A stretch of 64,000 nt of DNA. Source: Candidatus Eiseniibacteriota bacterium. Lineage in GTDB: Bacteria > Eisenbacteria > RBG-16-71-46. Shown here in pieces: positions 22,759-33,730 of this stretch (its first letter is position 1; every line of letters starts with the position of its first letter). The position numbers and the translations under genes were made by a program. The stretch covers positions 1-64,000 of the forward strand of contig JBGPFC010000011.1 in NCBI GenBank assembly GCA_041483195.1, written 5' to 3'. The notes beneath the pieces were generated by a model. That model ran no database searches, was not told the origin of the DNA, and saw nothing but the letters and a program-made list of their open reading frames with translations.

Positions 22759-25503
22759 ATGAGCCTCGATACCCACAAGGAGTCGTCCTCCATCGACGAC
22801 CGCGAGCTGGACACCTTCCGCCTGAACATGCTGGTGGGATTCAAGCGCCAGCTGCCCGACGCCGACCCGCGCGAGACCCAGGAGTGGATCGACGCCCTCG
22901 ACGACGTCGTGCGCAACGTGGGCCGCGAGCGCGCGGACTTCCTGCTGCGCAAGGTGCTCAAGCGCGCGCGCCAGCTGCGCATCGGGCTCCCGGGCCTGGT
23001 GCAGTCGCGCTACATCAACACCATCTCGCCAGAGCAGGAGCCCCCCTTCCCCGGCGACGAGCAGATGGAGCTGCGGATCCGGCGCATCATCCGCTGGAAC
23101 GCGGCGGTCATGGTGCTGCGCGCGAACCACGTCTCGCCGGGCATCGGCGGGCATCTGTCGACCTACGCCTCGAGCGCTTCGCTGTACGAGGTGGGCTTCA
23201 ATCATTTCTTCCGCGGCAAGGACGAGCGGCCCGGAGATCAGGTCTTCTTCCAGGGACACGCAGCTCCCGGCTTCTACTCGCGTGCGTTCCTCGAAGGACG
23301 CCTCACGGAATCGCAGCTCGATCATTTCCGTCGTGAGGTCGTGCGCGGGCAGGGGCTGTCGTCGTATCCACATCCGCGACTCATGCCCGACTTCTGGGAG
23401 TTCCCTACGGTCTCGATGGGTCTCGGGCCGCTCAACGCGATCTACCAGGCTCGCTTCAATCGCTACCTCCACGCGCGCGGCCTGGCTGACACCTCGGGCT
23501 CGCGGGTGTGGGCGTTCCTGGGCGACGGCGAGACCGACGAGCCGGAGGCAGTGGGCGCGCTCACCGTGGCCGCGCGCGAGGGGCTCGACAACCTGACCTT
23601 CGTCGTGAACTGCAACCTGCAGCGCCTCGACGGTCCGGTGCGCGGGAACGGCAAGATCATCCAGGAGCTCGAGGCGACCTTCACCGGCGCGGGCTGGAAC
23701 GTCATCAAGGTGGTCTGGGCGCGCGAGTGGGACGCGCTGCTCGCCCAGGACTACGACGGGGCGCTGGTCGAGGCCATGAACGAGACCGTGGACGGCGAGT
23801 GGCAGCGCTACTCGGTCGAGAGCGGCGCCTACATCCGCGAACACTTCTTCGGGCGCGATCCGCGGCTGCTCAAGATGGCCGAGCACCTCACCGACGATCA
23901 GCTGCGCGGCCTGCGCCGCGGCGGGCACGACTACCGCAAGGTGTACGCGGCGTACGAGGTCGCGACGCGCCATCAGGGCCAGCCCACCGTCATCCTCGCG
24001 AAGACCGTGAAGGGCTGGACGCTGGGGCCGGGCGCCGAGGCGCGCAACATGACGCACCAGATGAAGAAGCTGAAGACGGAGGAGCTCAAGAAATTCCGCG
24101 ACCGCCTCGAGCTGCCGATCCCCGACCGCAAGCTCGAGGATCCGCCCTACTACCACCCCGGGGAGGACAGTCCCGAGGTGCAGTACATGCTCGAGCGCCG
24201 GCGCGCGCTGGGCGGCTGCCTGCCGAAGCGCATCGTGCGCGCGAAGCCGCTGCCACCGCCCTCCGACAAGGTGTTCGCCGAGTTCGCGCTGGGCACTGGC
24301 GAGAAGCAGGCGGTCTCGACCACCATGGGATTCGCGAAGCTGCTCCGCAACCTGGTGCGCGATCCGGAGTGGGGTCCGCGGGTCGTGCCGATCATCCCCG
24401 ACGAGGCGCGCACCTTCGGCATGGAGGTGCTGTTCCGCGAGATCGGCATCTTCGCGACCTTCGGCCAGAAGTACGACCCGGTGGACTCGAAGCTGGTGCT
24501 CTCCTACCTGGAGAAGAAGGACGGCCAGCTGCTGGAGGAAGGCATCACCGAGGCGGGCTCGATGGCGTCGTTCACCGCCGCCGGGACCAGCTACGCGACG
24601 CACGGCGTGCCGGCCATCCCGTTCTACATCTACTACTCGATGTTCGGCTATCAGCGCACCGGCGACCTGGTGTGGGCGTTCGGCGACGCGCGCGGCCGCG
24701 GGTTCCTGCTGGGCGCGACCGCCGGGCGCACCACGCTCAACGGCGAGGGGCTCCAGCACGAGGACGGCCACAGCCACGTGCTGTTCTCCGTGGTGCCCAA
24801 CGCGCTCGCGTATGATCCGGCCTTCGCGTACGAGGTCGCGGTCATCATCCGCGACGGCCTCGATCGCATGTTCGTGAAGGGCGAGGACGTCTTCTACTAC
24901 ATCACGCTCTACAACCAGGACTACCCGATGCCCGCGATGCCGAGCGGCGTCGAGGACGGCATCCTGCGCGGCATCTACCACTACCGCGGGGCGGTGACCG
25001 CCGCGAAGCATCGCGCCCAGCTGTTCGGCAGCGGACCGATCCTGCTCCAGGCGCTGCGCGCCCAGGAGATCCTGGCCGAGAAGTACGAGGTGGCCGCCGA
25101 CGTGTGGAGCGTCACCAGCTACTCGCGCCTGCGCCACGACGCGCTCGAGGCCGAGCGCTGGAACCGGCTCCACCCGGGCGATCCGCCGCGCGTGCCGTTC
25201 ATCGCGCGCACGCTCGATGGCACGGCGGGCCCGATCGTCGCGGCCAGCGATTTCATGAAGGCGGTGCCCGAGATGATCGCGCGCTGGGTGCCGCGCCCCT
25301 ACACGCCGCTCGGCACCGACGGATTCGGGCGCAGCGACACGCGCGAGGGACTGCGGCGACACTTCGAGGTGGACGCCGAGCACATCGTGGTCGCCACGCT
25401 GTCCGCGTTGTGTGCGCAGGGCCAGGTCGCGCCCGGCGTGGTGGCGCGCGCGATCCAGGAGTTCGGGATCGACCCGGAGTCGGTCGCCCCGCAGGACGCG
25501 TAG
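22759..25503 (+). CDS. aceE: Pyruvate dehydrogenase E1, homodimeric type
   Basis: AAGGAG RBS; DADPRETQEWIDAL, GGHLSTYASS, SSYPHPRLMPDFWEFPTVSMGLG, GDGETDEPE, NCNLQRLDGPVRGNGKIIQELE, EGLQHEDG, LGTDGFGRSDTR. Confidence 0.96.
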   Translation: MSLDTHKESSSIDDRELDTFRLNMLVGFKRQLPDADPRETQEWIDALDDVVRNVGRERADFLLRKVLKRARQLRIGLPGLVQSRYINTISPEQEPPFPGDEQMELRIRRIIRWNAAVMVLRANHVSPGIGGHLSTYASSASLYEVGFNHFFRGKDERPGDQVFFQGHAAPGFYSRAFLEGRLTESQLDHFRREVVRGQGLSSYPHPRLMPDFWEFPTVSMGLGPLNAIYQARFNRYLHARGLADTSGSRVWAFLGDGETDEPEAVGALTVAAREGLDNLTFVVNCNLQRLDGPVRGNGKIIQELEATFTGAGWNVIKVVWAREWDALLAQDYDGALVEAMNETVDGEWQRYSVESGAYIREHFFGRDPRLLKMAEHLTDDQLRGLRRGGHDYRKVYAAYEVATRHQGQPTVILAKTVKGWTLGPGAEARNMTHQMKKLKTEELKKFRDRLELPIPDRKLEDPPYYHPGEDSPEVQYMLERRRALGGCLPKRIVRAKPLPPPSDKVFAEFALGTGEKQAVSTTMGFAKLLRNLVRDPEWGPRVVPIIPDEARTFGMEVLFREIGIFATFGQKYDPVDSKLVLSYLEKKDGQLLEEGITEAGSMASFTAAGTSYATHGVPAIPFYIYYSMFGYQRTGDLVWAFGDARGRGFLLGATAGRTTLNGEGLQHEDGHSHVLFSVVPNALAYDPAFAYEVAVIIRDGLDRMFVKGEDVFYYITLYNQDYPMPAMPSGVEDGILRGIYHYRGAVTAAKHRAQLFGSGPILLQALRAQEILAEKYEVAADVWSVTSYSRLRHDALEAERWNRLHPGDPPRVPFIARTLDGTAGPIVAASDFMKAVPEMIARWVPRPYTPLGTDGFGRSDTREGLRRHFEVDAEHIVVATLSALCAQGQVAPGVVARAIQEFGIDPESVAPQDA

Positions 25504-25512
25504 CGCCGCGCG

Positions 25513-27408
25513 CTACCGGATCCGCACCAGCTTCCGCGTCAGGACGCCGCTCGCGCCCTCGAGCCGCAGGAAGTAGAGCCCCTGCGCCGTCGGAACGCCC
25601 GCTTCATCGCGACCGTCCCACGACACGAAATGCGGGCCGGGCGCCGCATCCTGCGCCCGGCCCCACACCCGGCGGCCGCGCACATCCAGCACCTCGATCC
25701 GCACACGCTCCTGGGCGGCGAGCGAGAACTCGAAGCGCACGCCGAGGCCGCTCGGGTTCGGCACCGGGCGGGCGAGCGAGAACGCGAGCGGCCCGGCATC
25801 GGAGACCGCGACCGACTGCGAGGGCAGGATCCGGAAGAGCGCGTCGCTCGCGTCCTGGCCGATGTTCAAAGCGTGATCGAACGCCCTGATTCGGACCACC
25901 GCGCTGTCCGAGCCCTGCGCCGGCAGCGTCCAGTCGAGCGTTCCGAGATTCGCGATCCCGTGCTGGACCGCGAGCCACGGACCGCCGGTGCCCGAACGCG
26001 AGTAGTCGACGTCGACCGAATCCACGCCGACGTTGTCTGCGGCATTCCATGTGATGGCGTGCGTGCCGGAGGCGTCCCACGCCTCGCCGCCGTTGGGAGA
26101 GAGCACCGCGATGGTCGGGGCGGTCTGATCGGCGATCGAGAACATCGCGTTGCTCGCGTCGCTCGCGAGGTTGCCGGCGGCGTCGTGGGCCGTGATCCGC
26201 ACCAGCGCCTGGGTGCTCGGCGCGTTGGGCACCGGCCACGAGAACGAGCCGCTGTTGCCGAGGCCGCTCGCGATGCCGGACCAGCTCGAGCCGCCGTTCG
26301 AGGAGTACTCGAGATCCACGGTGGAGACCGCGACGTTGTCGGTCGCGCTCCACGTGACCGACCGCGGGGCACCGGCCGCGACGGTCTCGCCGCCGTTGGG
26401 CGACGTGACGCTCACGACCGGCGCCACGTCGTCGACGAAGGTGCCGGAGTTGGTGAGCGTGTCCGCGATTCCGTTGGCGATGATCGAGTCCACCCCGCCG
26501 GGTTGCCACACCGCGTTGATCCTGATCGGACCGCCCGCCACCTTGTCCCACGACGGGTTCGGCGCGGCGCCCGTGCCGGTCTCGGTCCAGTAGGTGCGCA
26601 CGGAGTGGTTGTGCAGGCGGCCGAGCGCCGAGGCCGTCGGATGGCCGTAGCCGTTGCCCGTGCCACAGGAGATGATGCCGATCCTGGGCTTCGTTGCGTT
26701 GAGCCAGTTGTCGTTCGTGGAGGTCGCCGAGCCGTGGTGGTGGACCTTGTACACTTCGACCGGCCCCACCAGCGGACCCACGATGGTCTCGACGTCCTTG
26801 GTGCCGCCGCTGTTGGTCCCCGTGAAGTCTCCCCCGAACGTCTCGTCGAACTCGCCGTAACTCACCTTGAGCATCAGGCTCAGCGAGTTCTCGTCGGTGG
26901 CCCCGCTCCCCGCGCCCGCGAGCTCCACGCACTTGATGATGACGGGATGCGCCGACAGCGAATCGAGCGTGAAGACCCGGCCCTTGGTCAGCGTGTGGCG
27001 GCTTCCCCCCAGGTAGGCCGCGTAGCTGGTGTAGGTCCCCGAGCTGTAGGTCGACCCGCGGTCCCAGCCCTGATCGATCGTGATCCCGGTGAGGCTCGTG
27101 ATGCAGCCGATGTGATCGGCGTGGTAGTGGCTCGCGAAGTGGAGATCCACGTGCGTGACCCCGAGCGCCTGCAGCTCGCTCAGGACCCGGCTGCAGCTCG
27201 TAGGGCTCGACCCGGCGGTGAAGTTGGTCCCTTCGTCGATCAGCACCACCTGGCCGCCCGGCGTGATGATGACCGCCCCGTCGCCCTGACCCGCGTCCAG
27301 GTGAATGACCTGGAGCTGGCCGTTGGTCGTGACGGCGCGCGAGGCGGCGGGTGCGAGGAGCGCGAGCGAAACCAGCAGCGCCGCGGCGCCGCGCCTGATC
27401 GGGGACAT
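25513..27408 (-). CDS. Secreted ComEC-like metallo-beta-lactamase-fold protein with two Ig-like repeats and a FlgD/T9SS-like C-terminal domain
   Basis: Signal peptide; LDAGQGD, SHYHADHIG, ENSLS, GD, KVHHHGS, YGHP; two V..PNGGE repeats; PNP..FSL..DVRGRRV..WDGRDEAG..GLYFLRL..KLV tail. Confidence 0.85.
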   Translation of the reverse strand: MSPIRRGAAALLVSLALLAPAASRAVTTNGQLQVIHLDAGQGDGAVIITPGGQVVLIDEGTNFTAGSSPTSCSRVLSELQALGVTHVDLHFASHYHADHIGCITSLTGITIDQGWDRGSTYSSGTYTSYAAYLGGSRHTLTKGRVFTLDSLSAHPVIIKCVELAGAGSGATDENSLSLMLKVSYGEFDETFGGDFTGTNSGGTKDVETIVGPLVGPVEVYKVHHHGSATSTNDNWLNATKPRIGIISCGTGNGYGHPTASALGRLHNHSVRTYWTETGTGAAPNPSWDKVAGGPIRINAVWQPGGVDSIIANGIADTLTNSGTFVDDVAPVVSVTSPNGGETVAAGAPRSVTWSATDNVAVSTVDLEYSSNGGSSWSGIASGLGNSGSFSWPVPNAPSTQALVRITAHDAAGNLASDASNAMFSIADQTAPTIAVLSPNGGEAWDASGTHAITWNAADNVGVDSVDVDYSRSGTGGPWLAVQHGIANLGTLDWTLPAQGSDSAVVRIRAFDHALNIGQDASDALFRILPSQSVAVSDAGPLAFSLARPVPNPSGLGVRFEFSLAAQERVRIEVLDVRGRRVWGRAQDAAPGPHFVSWDGRDEAGVPTAQGLYFLRLEGASGVLTRKLVRIR

Positions 27409-27643
27409 GTGTTCTCCGGGGTGCCGTAAGCGTGATGCGTTCGGGCGTCCGCGCGGCCGCCCCACCGTTGCGGAGCGGACCGGGCGGCCTAAGCCCGCGG
27501 GACTCCCCCCGCGAGCGTCGCCTCCAAGCGATGTATGAACGAAGCCGAGGAAAAGCTTACCAGATACGGGGCGCGCCCGGGTGAGGCGGCCATGAGGCCC
27601 GCGCTTGTGCGCGAGGCTCGGGCGCCGCTAGGCTCCGCCCCTC

Positions 27644-28420
27644 ATGAAGCTCTCCCAGCGGGTCGCGATCGTCACCGGAGGCGGGCACGGCATCGGCCGC
27701 GCCATCGCCCTGCGATTCGCCGCGGAGGGTGCGGCGCTGATGCTCGCGGGAACCGGCCGCGAGCGCCTCGATGCGACGGCGCGCGAGATCGGCGAGCGCG
27801 GCGGGCGCGCGCGCATCGCGCTCACCGACGTCGCGGACGAGGCGGCGGTCGCCGCGATGACCGCCGCAACGCTCGCGGCGTTCGGGGGGCTCGACATCCT
27901 CGTCAACAACGCGGGGATCGCAGGGCCGACCGCTGCGGTGGCCGATCTCGCGCTCGATCAGTGGGAGCGCACGCTCGCGATCAACCTGACCGGCGCGATG
28001 CTGTGCGCGAAGCACGCACTCCCGCATCTGATCGCGCGCGGCGGCGGCCGCATCATCAACATCACGTCGGTGGCGGGCTTCATTGGCTACGCCCTGCGCT
28101 CGCCGTACGCGGCCTCCAAGTGGGGCATGATCGGTCTCACCCGCACGCTGGCGCTCGAGGCCGGCGCCCACGGCGTCACGGTGAACGCGATCGCGCCCGG
28201 CTCCACCCGCGGCGAGCGCATGAGCCGCGTGATCCGCGACCGCGCCGCGGCGCTCGGCCGGACGGAACGCGAGGTCGAGGACGAGTACCTCGCCCCCACC
28301 GCGCTCAAGCACATGGTGGAGGAGGACGAGATCGCCGGGACCGCGTTGTTCCTCGCGTCGGAGGAGGCGCGCAGCATCACCGGCGAGACGATCTCGGTTT
28401 CGGGCGGGTTCCGGGTCTAG
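27644..28420 (+). CDS. SDR family NAD(P)-dependent oxidoreductase
   Basis: TGGGHGIG, NNAGI, YAASK, VNAIAPG. Confidence 0.93.
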   Translation: MKLSQRVAIVTGGGHGIGRAIALRFAAEGAALMLAGTGRERLDATAREIGERGGRARIALTDVADEAAVAAMTAATLAAFGGLDILVNNAGIAGPTAAVADLALDQWERTLAINLTGAMLCAKHALPHLIARGGGRIINITSVAGFIGYALRSPYAASKWGMIGLTRTLALEAGAHGVTVNAIAPGSTRGERMSRVIRDRAAALGRTEREVEDEYLAPTALKHMVEEDEIAGTALFLASEEARSITGETISVSGGFRV

Positions 28421-28453
28421 CGGGACGCGGCGGGCGGCGCGCGGCCCTCGGGA

Positions 28454-29071
28454 TCACGCGCCGGGATCGCGCCGCATCATGCCAACGAGCCGCGCCCTGA
28501 CCGCCGGCCATTCCGTGTCGAGCACGCCGTAGAAGATGGTGTCGCGCCATACGCCGTCGTCGTTCACGGCGTGCTTGCGCAGCACCCCCTCCTCGACGCA
28601 TCCGATGCGCAGCATGGCGTCGCGCGAGCGGCGATTGAGCACGTTGGTCTTGAGCTCGACGCGCGCGCAGCCCAGCGTCTCGAACGCGTGACGCATCATG
28701 AGGTACTTGGCCTCTGTGTTCACGTGCGTGCGCTGGAAGGGCCGGCCGACCCAGGTCCACCCGATCTCGACGCGCCGGTTGCGGCGGTCGATCGACCCGT
28801 AACGCGTGCACCCCGCGACCCGGCCGCTCGCCTTGTCGATGGTCGCGAACGGAATCGAGCGCCCCTCCTTCTGTTCGCGCAGCGCATCGTCGAGGTAGCG
28901 CGCGAGATCCTCCGGCGCGCGCACGATGGTCTGCGTCCAGCGCCACAGATCGGGATCGAGCCCGATCTCGAACAGCCCGTCGCGGTGACGCTCGAGCGCG
29001 AGCGGCTCCATGCGCACCCGCGTGCCGTCGAGGGTGACGGGGGCGATCTCGAGGGGCGGAGGGGCCGGCAT
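28454..29071 (-). CDS. GNAT (RimJ/RimL-type) N-acetyltransferase
   Basis: RVEIGWTW...QRTHVNTEAKYLMMRHAFE..RVELKT..NRRS..EGVLR..WRDT. Confidence 0.9.
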   Translation of the reverse strand: MPAPPPLEIAPVTLDGTRVRMEPLALERHRDGLFEIGLDPDLWRWTQTIVRAPEDLARYLDDALREQKEGRSIPFATIDKASGRVAGCTRYGSIDRRNRRVEIGWTWVGRPFQRTHVNTEAKYLMMRHAFETLGCARVELKTNVLNRRSRDAMLRIGCVEEGVLRKHAVNDDGVWRDTIFYGVLDTEWPAVRARLVGMMRRDPGA

Positions 29072-29079
29072 CGTGTGCC

Positions 29080-32000
29080 CTACGCCTTCACCATGTAGTA
29101 GATCGCCGCCGGATGGTGCACCACCAGCGCCGAGGTCGAGGCCTCCGGCACCAGCTGCCAGGCGCTGGTGAGCGTCACCGCGATCGCGGCTTCCGGCGAC
29201 AGCAGCCGGAACAGCTTCTCCTGGTCGGCGAGGTCGGGGCACGCGCTGTAGCCGAACGAGTAGCGCAGCCCGCGCGCCGGATCGATGCCGAGCTCGCCGC
29301 GGATCCTGCGATGGTGCCACTCGGCGAGGCCCTCGGCCGCCGACACCGCGAGCCCGTGCACGAACAGCGCCGTGGAATATTCGCCGGCGGCGTTGAGGCG
29401 CTCGCAGCGTTCGTCCGCCTCGGGGCCGACCGTCACCACCTGGAACGCGACAACGTCGAACTTGCTCGACTCGACGGGCATGAAGTAATCGGAGAGGCAG
29501 AGCCCCTCGCGCTCGGTCTGGCGCGGGAAGTTGAAGCGCACGACCTCCTCGATCTTGCCGCGCGGGCTCAGCGATCCCGGCGCGAACGCCGAGGGGTCGT
29601 ACACCACGAGGTCCTGCCCCTCGCTCTGGCACGGGAAGAAACCGTAGCTCGCGCGCGGCGTGAGCCAGCCCTCCGCCTCGGCCTCGCGCTGGAGCGCGAG
29701 ACGGCGCGGCTCGAAGTCCTCGCGGATCAGCCTGTCGAATTCCGCGCCGCTGCCGCGCGCGCCCCAGTGCAGGCGGTAGAGCGTCTTGAGATCTATCCCT
29801 TCGAACATGCCCGCGAACGGGATCTCGCGTCCCGTCGTCACGCGCGCGCCCCAGTGGGGAGGCGCGGGAATCACGATGTCGCGCGAAACCGTGACCTTGA
29901 AGTCGCGCTGCTGCGCCGTGGACTCCGCGGCCCTCGCCTCCAGCTCTCCCGCCTTGGTCTTGAACTCGAAAGCCTCGCGCCGGTTCCGCTCGGCCAGCGC
30001 CGTGGCCTGCGCGGGATCGGTGATCGCGTTCACGGTGTCGAGCCCCTCGAACGCGTCCTTGCAGTAGTACACGCCGGGCTCGTAGTACACCTCGCCGTCC
30101 ACCAGCGCCGCGCGCCGGCCGAAGTTGCGGTTGATGGCCGCGCCGCCGATCAGCACCGGGAACCCGAGCCCCGCGCGATGCAGCTCGCCGACGCAGATCG
30201 GCATCTGCTTGCTGGTCGAGACCAGCAGCGCCGAGAGCCCGATCGCGGTCGCGTCCACTTCCTTCGCCTTGTCGATGATGGTCTGCACCGGGACCTGCTT
30301 GCCCAGGTCGAACACGGTGTAGCCGTTGTTCGAGAGGATGGTCTTCACCAGGTTCTTGCCGATGTCGTGCACGTCGCCGTACACGGTCGCGACCACCACC
30401 CGCCCCTTGCTCACGTTCGCGCTCTTCTCGAGGTAGGTCTCGAGCCGCGCCACCGCCTTCTTCATGACCTCGGCGCTCTGGAGCACGAACGGCAGGATCA
30501 GCTCGCCGGCTCCGAACTTGTCGCCGACCTCCTTCATCGCCGGCAGCAGCACCGCGTTCAGTACCTTGACCGGGTCCTGCCGCTTGACCGCCGCGTCGAT
30601 CAGCGCCTCGATGCCGGCCGGCTTCCGGTGGAGGATCTGGAAGTGGATCTTCTGCTCGACCTCCATCGTGGCCTCGGCCGCCTCCTCCTCCTTCGCGCGC
30701 GCGTCTGGCGCGCGGCCCTCGAAGTGCGTGATGAATTTCGAGAGCGCCTGCGGATCGCGGTTGAAGATCAGGTCCTCCGCGAGCCGCCGGTCCTCGGCCC
30801 CGATCTCGGCGTAGGGCGTGATGTCGGCGGGGTTCACGATCGCCATGTCGAGCCCGGCCTGCACGCAGTGGTAGAGGAACACCGAGTTCAGGATGGCGCG
30901 CGACTCGCGGCCCAGCCCGAACGAGACGTTCGAGACCCCGAGGCTCGTGAGCACGCCGGGCAGCGCCGCCTTGATGCGGCGGATGCCCTCGATGGTCTCG
31001 ATCCCGGAGTCGAGGAACTCGGCGTCGCCGGTCGCGAGCGTGAAGGTGAGGTCGTCGAACACCAGCCGCTCGGCGGGCAGGCCGTATTCCCCGGTCACGA
31101 TCGCGTGGATCGCGCGCGCGACCTCGAGCTTGCGCTCCGCGGTCTTCGCCATCCCGACCGGATCGATGGTGAGCGCGATCACCGCCGCCCCGTACTTCAC
31201 GACCAGCGGCATCACGGCGTCGATGCGCTCGCGGCCGTTCTCCATGTTGATCGAGTTGATGAGCGCGCACCCGGGGTAGGCCTTGAGCGCTTCCTCGATC
31301 ACCGGCGCCTCGGTCGAATCGATCACCAGCGGCGCCTCGACCGAGAGCGCGAGCTTCTTCACGAGCCGCCGCATCATGGCGGCCTCGTCGGTGCGCTCGG
31401 TGAGCGCCATGCACACGTCGAGCGTGTGCGCGCCGCCCTCGACCTGGTCGCGCGCCACCGGGATCATCTCCTCGATCCGATCCTCGAGCGCGAGGCGCTT
31501 GATCCGGCGCGAGCCCTGGGTGTTGAGCCGCTCGCCGATGATGAGCGGCGCCGGCTCCTGGTGCATCGCGGTGGCGGTCATGCCGCTCGACAGGAACCAT
31601 CCGCTGCGCCCGGGACGCGGTGCGGGCGCGCGTCGCCCGATCGCCGCCACCATCGCGCGCACGTGGTCCGGGGTGGTGCCGCAGCATCCGCCCACGATGT
31701 TGACCCCCAGCTCGCTCACGAACTCGAGCAGCGTCGCGGCCATCGGCTCCGGCTTCATCGGGTAGAGCGTGCGGCCGCCATCGTTGATCGGGAGCCCTGC
31801 GTTCGGAATGCAGTGCAGGAAAGTGCTCGCGTTCTGCGACAGGTAACGCACCGCGTCGCGCATCAGGTCGGGCCCGGTCGAGCAGTTGAGGCCGATGATC
31901 TCGACCCCCATGGCCTCGAGCGTTGCGAGCGCGCCGCGGATGTCGGTGCCGAGCAGCATGCGCCCGGACGGATCGAGCGTGACCGAGCACTGGATCGGCA

Positions 32001-32574
32001 CGCGGCGCGAGGTGCGCTCGAACGCCTCGCGGCAGGCCAGGATCTGCGCCTTCATCTCCAGGATGTCCTGACAGGTCTCGAGGATGAGCACGTCGGCCCC
32101 GCCCTCGAGCAGCCCCTGCGCCTGCACCGCGAACGCGGGCACCAGGTCCTCGAGCCGGAGCTTGCCGAGATCCGCGTCCTCCGACGAGGGCAGCATCCCG
32201 GAGGGTCCCATCGAGCCGGCGACGAAGCGCGGCCGCCCGTCGGCCTGCTCGAAGCGATCGGCCGCGCGCCGCGCGAGGGTGGCCGCCGCGCGGTTGATCT
32301 CGAGCGTCTGCTCGCCGAGCCCCCACTCCTCGAGCCGCAGCCGCGCAGCCTGGAACGAGTTGGTCTCGACCACGTCGGCGCCCGCCTCGAAGTACGCGGC
32401 GTGGATGTCCTCGACCACGTCGGGGCGCGTCAGGCAGAGATGGTCGTTGCACCCCTCCCAGCGCTTGCCGCCGAAGTCGTCGGGACCGAGATTGCGGGCC
32501 TGCAGCTGCGTGCCCATCCCGCCGTCGAACACGAGCACGCGCTCACGGAGGGTGTCGAGTAGCCGGCTGGTCAT
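29080..32574 (-). CDS. metH: Cobalamin-dependent methionine synthase
   Basis: DGGMGT, LNCSTG, GGCCGT (Hcy domain); IGERLN, IDST (pterin domain); [11 protein letters not shown] (B12); [11 protein letters not shown]...PEASTSA. Confidence 0.96.
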   Translation of the reverse strand: MTSRLLDTLRERVLVFDGGMGTQLQARNLGPDDFGGKRWEGCNDHLCLTRPDVVEDIHAAYFEAGADVVETNSFQAARLRLEEWGLGEQTLEINRAAATLARRAADRFEQADGRPRFVAGSMGPSGMLPSSEDADLGKLRLEDLVPAFAVQAQGLLEGGADVLILETCQDILEMKAQILACREAFERTSRRVPIQCSVTLDPSGRMLLGTDIRGALATLEAMGVEIIGLNCSTGPDLMRDAVRYLSQNASTFLHCIPNAGLPINDGGRTLYPMKPEPMAATLLEFVSELGVNIVGGCCGTTPDHVRAMVAAIGRRAPAPRPGRSGWFLSSGMTATAMHQEPAPLIIGERLNTQGSRRIKRLALEDRIEEMIPVARDQVEGGAHTLDVCMALTERTDEAAMMRRLVKKLALSVEAPLVIDSTEAPVIEEALKAYPGCALINSINMENGRERIDAVMPLVVKYGAAVIALTIDPVGMAKTAERKLEVARAIHAIVTGEYGLPAERLVFDDLTFTLATGDAEFLDSGIETIEGIRRIKAALPGVLTSLGVSNVSFGLGRESRAILNSVFLYHCVQAGLDMAIVNPADITPYAEIGAEDRRLAEDLIFNRDPQALSKFITHFEGRAPDARAKEEEAAEATMEVEQKIHFQILHRKPAGIEALIDAAVKRQDPVKVLNAVLLPAMKEVGDKFGAGELILPFVLQSAEVMKKAVARLETYLEKSANVSKGRVVVATVYGDVHDIGKNLVKTILSNNGYTVFDLGKQVPVQTIIDKAKEVDATAIGLSALLVSTSKQMPICVGELHRAGLGFPVLIGGAAINRNFGRRAALVDGEVYYEPGVYYCKDAFEGLDTVNAITDPAQATALAERNRREAFEFKTKAGELEARAAESTAQQRDFKVTVSRDIVIPAPPHWGARVTTGREIPFAGMFEGIDLKTLYRLHWGARGSGAEFDRLIREDFEPRRLALQREAEAEGWLTPRASYGFFPCQSEGQDLVVYDPSAFAPGSLSPRGKIEEVVRFNFPRQTEREGLCLSDYFMPVESSKFDVVAFQVVTVGPEADERCERLNAAGEYSTALFVHGLAVSAAEGLAEWHHRRIRGELGIDPARGLRYSFGYSACPDLADQEKLFRLLSPEAAIAVTLTSAWQLVPEASTSALVVHHPAAIYYMVKA

Positions 32575-33068
32575 GGACGGGAAGGCGGGACTCCTTGGAG
32601 GAGAGACCGGCGGCCGGCCGGTCTCGAGGATTGGCGCAACAGAATATCGGAGGCGCCTCGCAGCCGCAAATGGAGCGGGCCGCAACTGACCTCACACAGT
32701 GGCGGGCCGCCGAGGTCCTCGGGCACCGAGGGCGCGGACCATAGGGCGCTGCGCTTGCGTTGCGAGCAGTAGGAGGTGAATGGGCGAGGGAACCGCCTAC
32801 AAGGCTGCCTTCGGTCCTACGCGGTGGCGCGACGCGCGCACAGCCACACCGGAAAGAAGAAACGAGTGCGCGAACGCCGCTCCTGCTGCGGCGAGACGTT
32901 GCACCTCTAGGGCAGCCGCCATCAGCGGGCTCGTCCCGCGACTGGAGCCGCGGTGAGTCTGAGATTCGTGGCCGACGATCCGACCAAGCGGGCGCGCGGC
33001 AGCATCTCTTCAACGCCGCCCTCGGGGTCTACCGCGCGCGCCGACGCCGCGATGGCGTCAGATGCCTC

Positions 33069-33722
33069 TCATCTGTAACGCCGCTTCAGCTCCCCCCAGG
33101 ACGTGCGCCTTGTCGGGGTGATGGTATTGCCGCAAAAGACGACCTTGAAGATCAGATCAATCGTTGGCGCTCGCTCCCGCGCGGGGCCGACGGTCGAGCA
33201 GTCCCAGATCGGACTTGTCCTCCATGCACGACCCTCGGGATAGCCGTTTGTCGAGTCGGCCAGTAGCCAGATAGCGTCGTCGCAGAAGTAGTCCTTCACG
33301 GCAAAGAAGTATAGCCCCCTTCGCGGCAACGCGAGCGCGGGCGCTAGGTCAAAGTCAATCCGTACGGGATGAACACCGTCATCATATTGCTCGGGCAGGA
33401 CAACTGGCCCGGTCTGAAGCACGTTGAAACTATTCGGCGTCCCCGTGGAGTCGACCCCCGTGACGTAGAGCATGACATACGGGTAATAGGTGTTCTGCAA
33501 GGGATTGCGCCACACACTTATCGACTGAATAATCGTATCGGGAGCATAGAACGTCTGCCCGGTCGCCCGCCCCAGAAACGCTAACTCGGCAGTCTGAGCG
33601 TGGGTGGAGTCGAGGCCAACAAACGTTTCACTGCAGGGGGCGGCTTGTGACGGACCATGCCACTCCCCAAGGATCGCGATCGGGATGACGAAAGCGAGAA
33701 AGAGCCCTTCGCATCGCCGCAC
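33069..33722 (-). CDS. Secreted protein with a C-terminal TSWGELKRRYR motif
   Basis: GTG 33722 just after the upstream stop; hydrophobic leader; ends TITPTRRTSWGELKRRYR; codon usage less GC-skewed than the core genes. Confidence 0.7.
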   Translation of the reverse strand: MRRCEGLFLAFVIPIAILGEWHGPSQAAPCSETFVGLDSTHAQTAELAFLGRATGQTFYAPDTIIQSISVWRNPLQNTYYPYVMLYVTGVDSTGTPNSFNVLQTGPVVLPEQYDDGVHPVRIDFDLAPALALPRRGLYFFAVKDYFCDDAIWLLADSTNGYPEGRAWRTSPIWDCSTVGPARERAPTIDLIFKVVFCGNTITPTRRTSWGELKRRYR

Positions 33723-33730
33723 TGCGCCTT

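Noticed and set aside
28454..32452. Apparent 1332-aa ORF ending in a GNAT domain (and similar long 5' extensions of 380..2437, 2367..6179, 60649..62583)
   Set aside because: The upstream parts are off-frame read-through over real genes; true starts are internal, unlike ccmF-TBDR where both halves are genuine domains.
22570..32562. Very long antisense and alternative-frame ORFs (e.g. 22570..25383, 29113..32562, also 2403..4865 and 56683..59625)
   Set aside because: Shadow ORFs expected from high GC3 codon bias opposite well-supported genes.
32575..32660. SAM or cobalamin riboswitch upstream of metH
   Set aside because: Only a 9-bp hairpin (32603..32625) is present; no SAM-I or B12-box consensus recognised.
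32780..32956. 58-codon ORF after AGGAGGT
   Set aside because: The SD is only 2 nt from the ATG, and the product is featureless with atypical codons.
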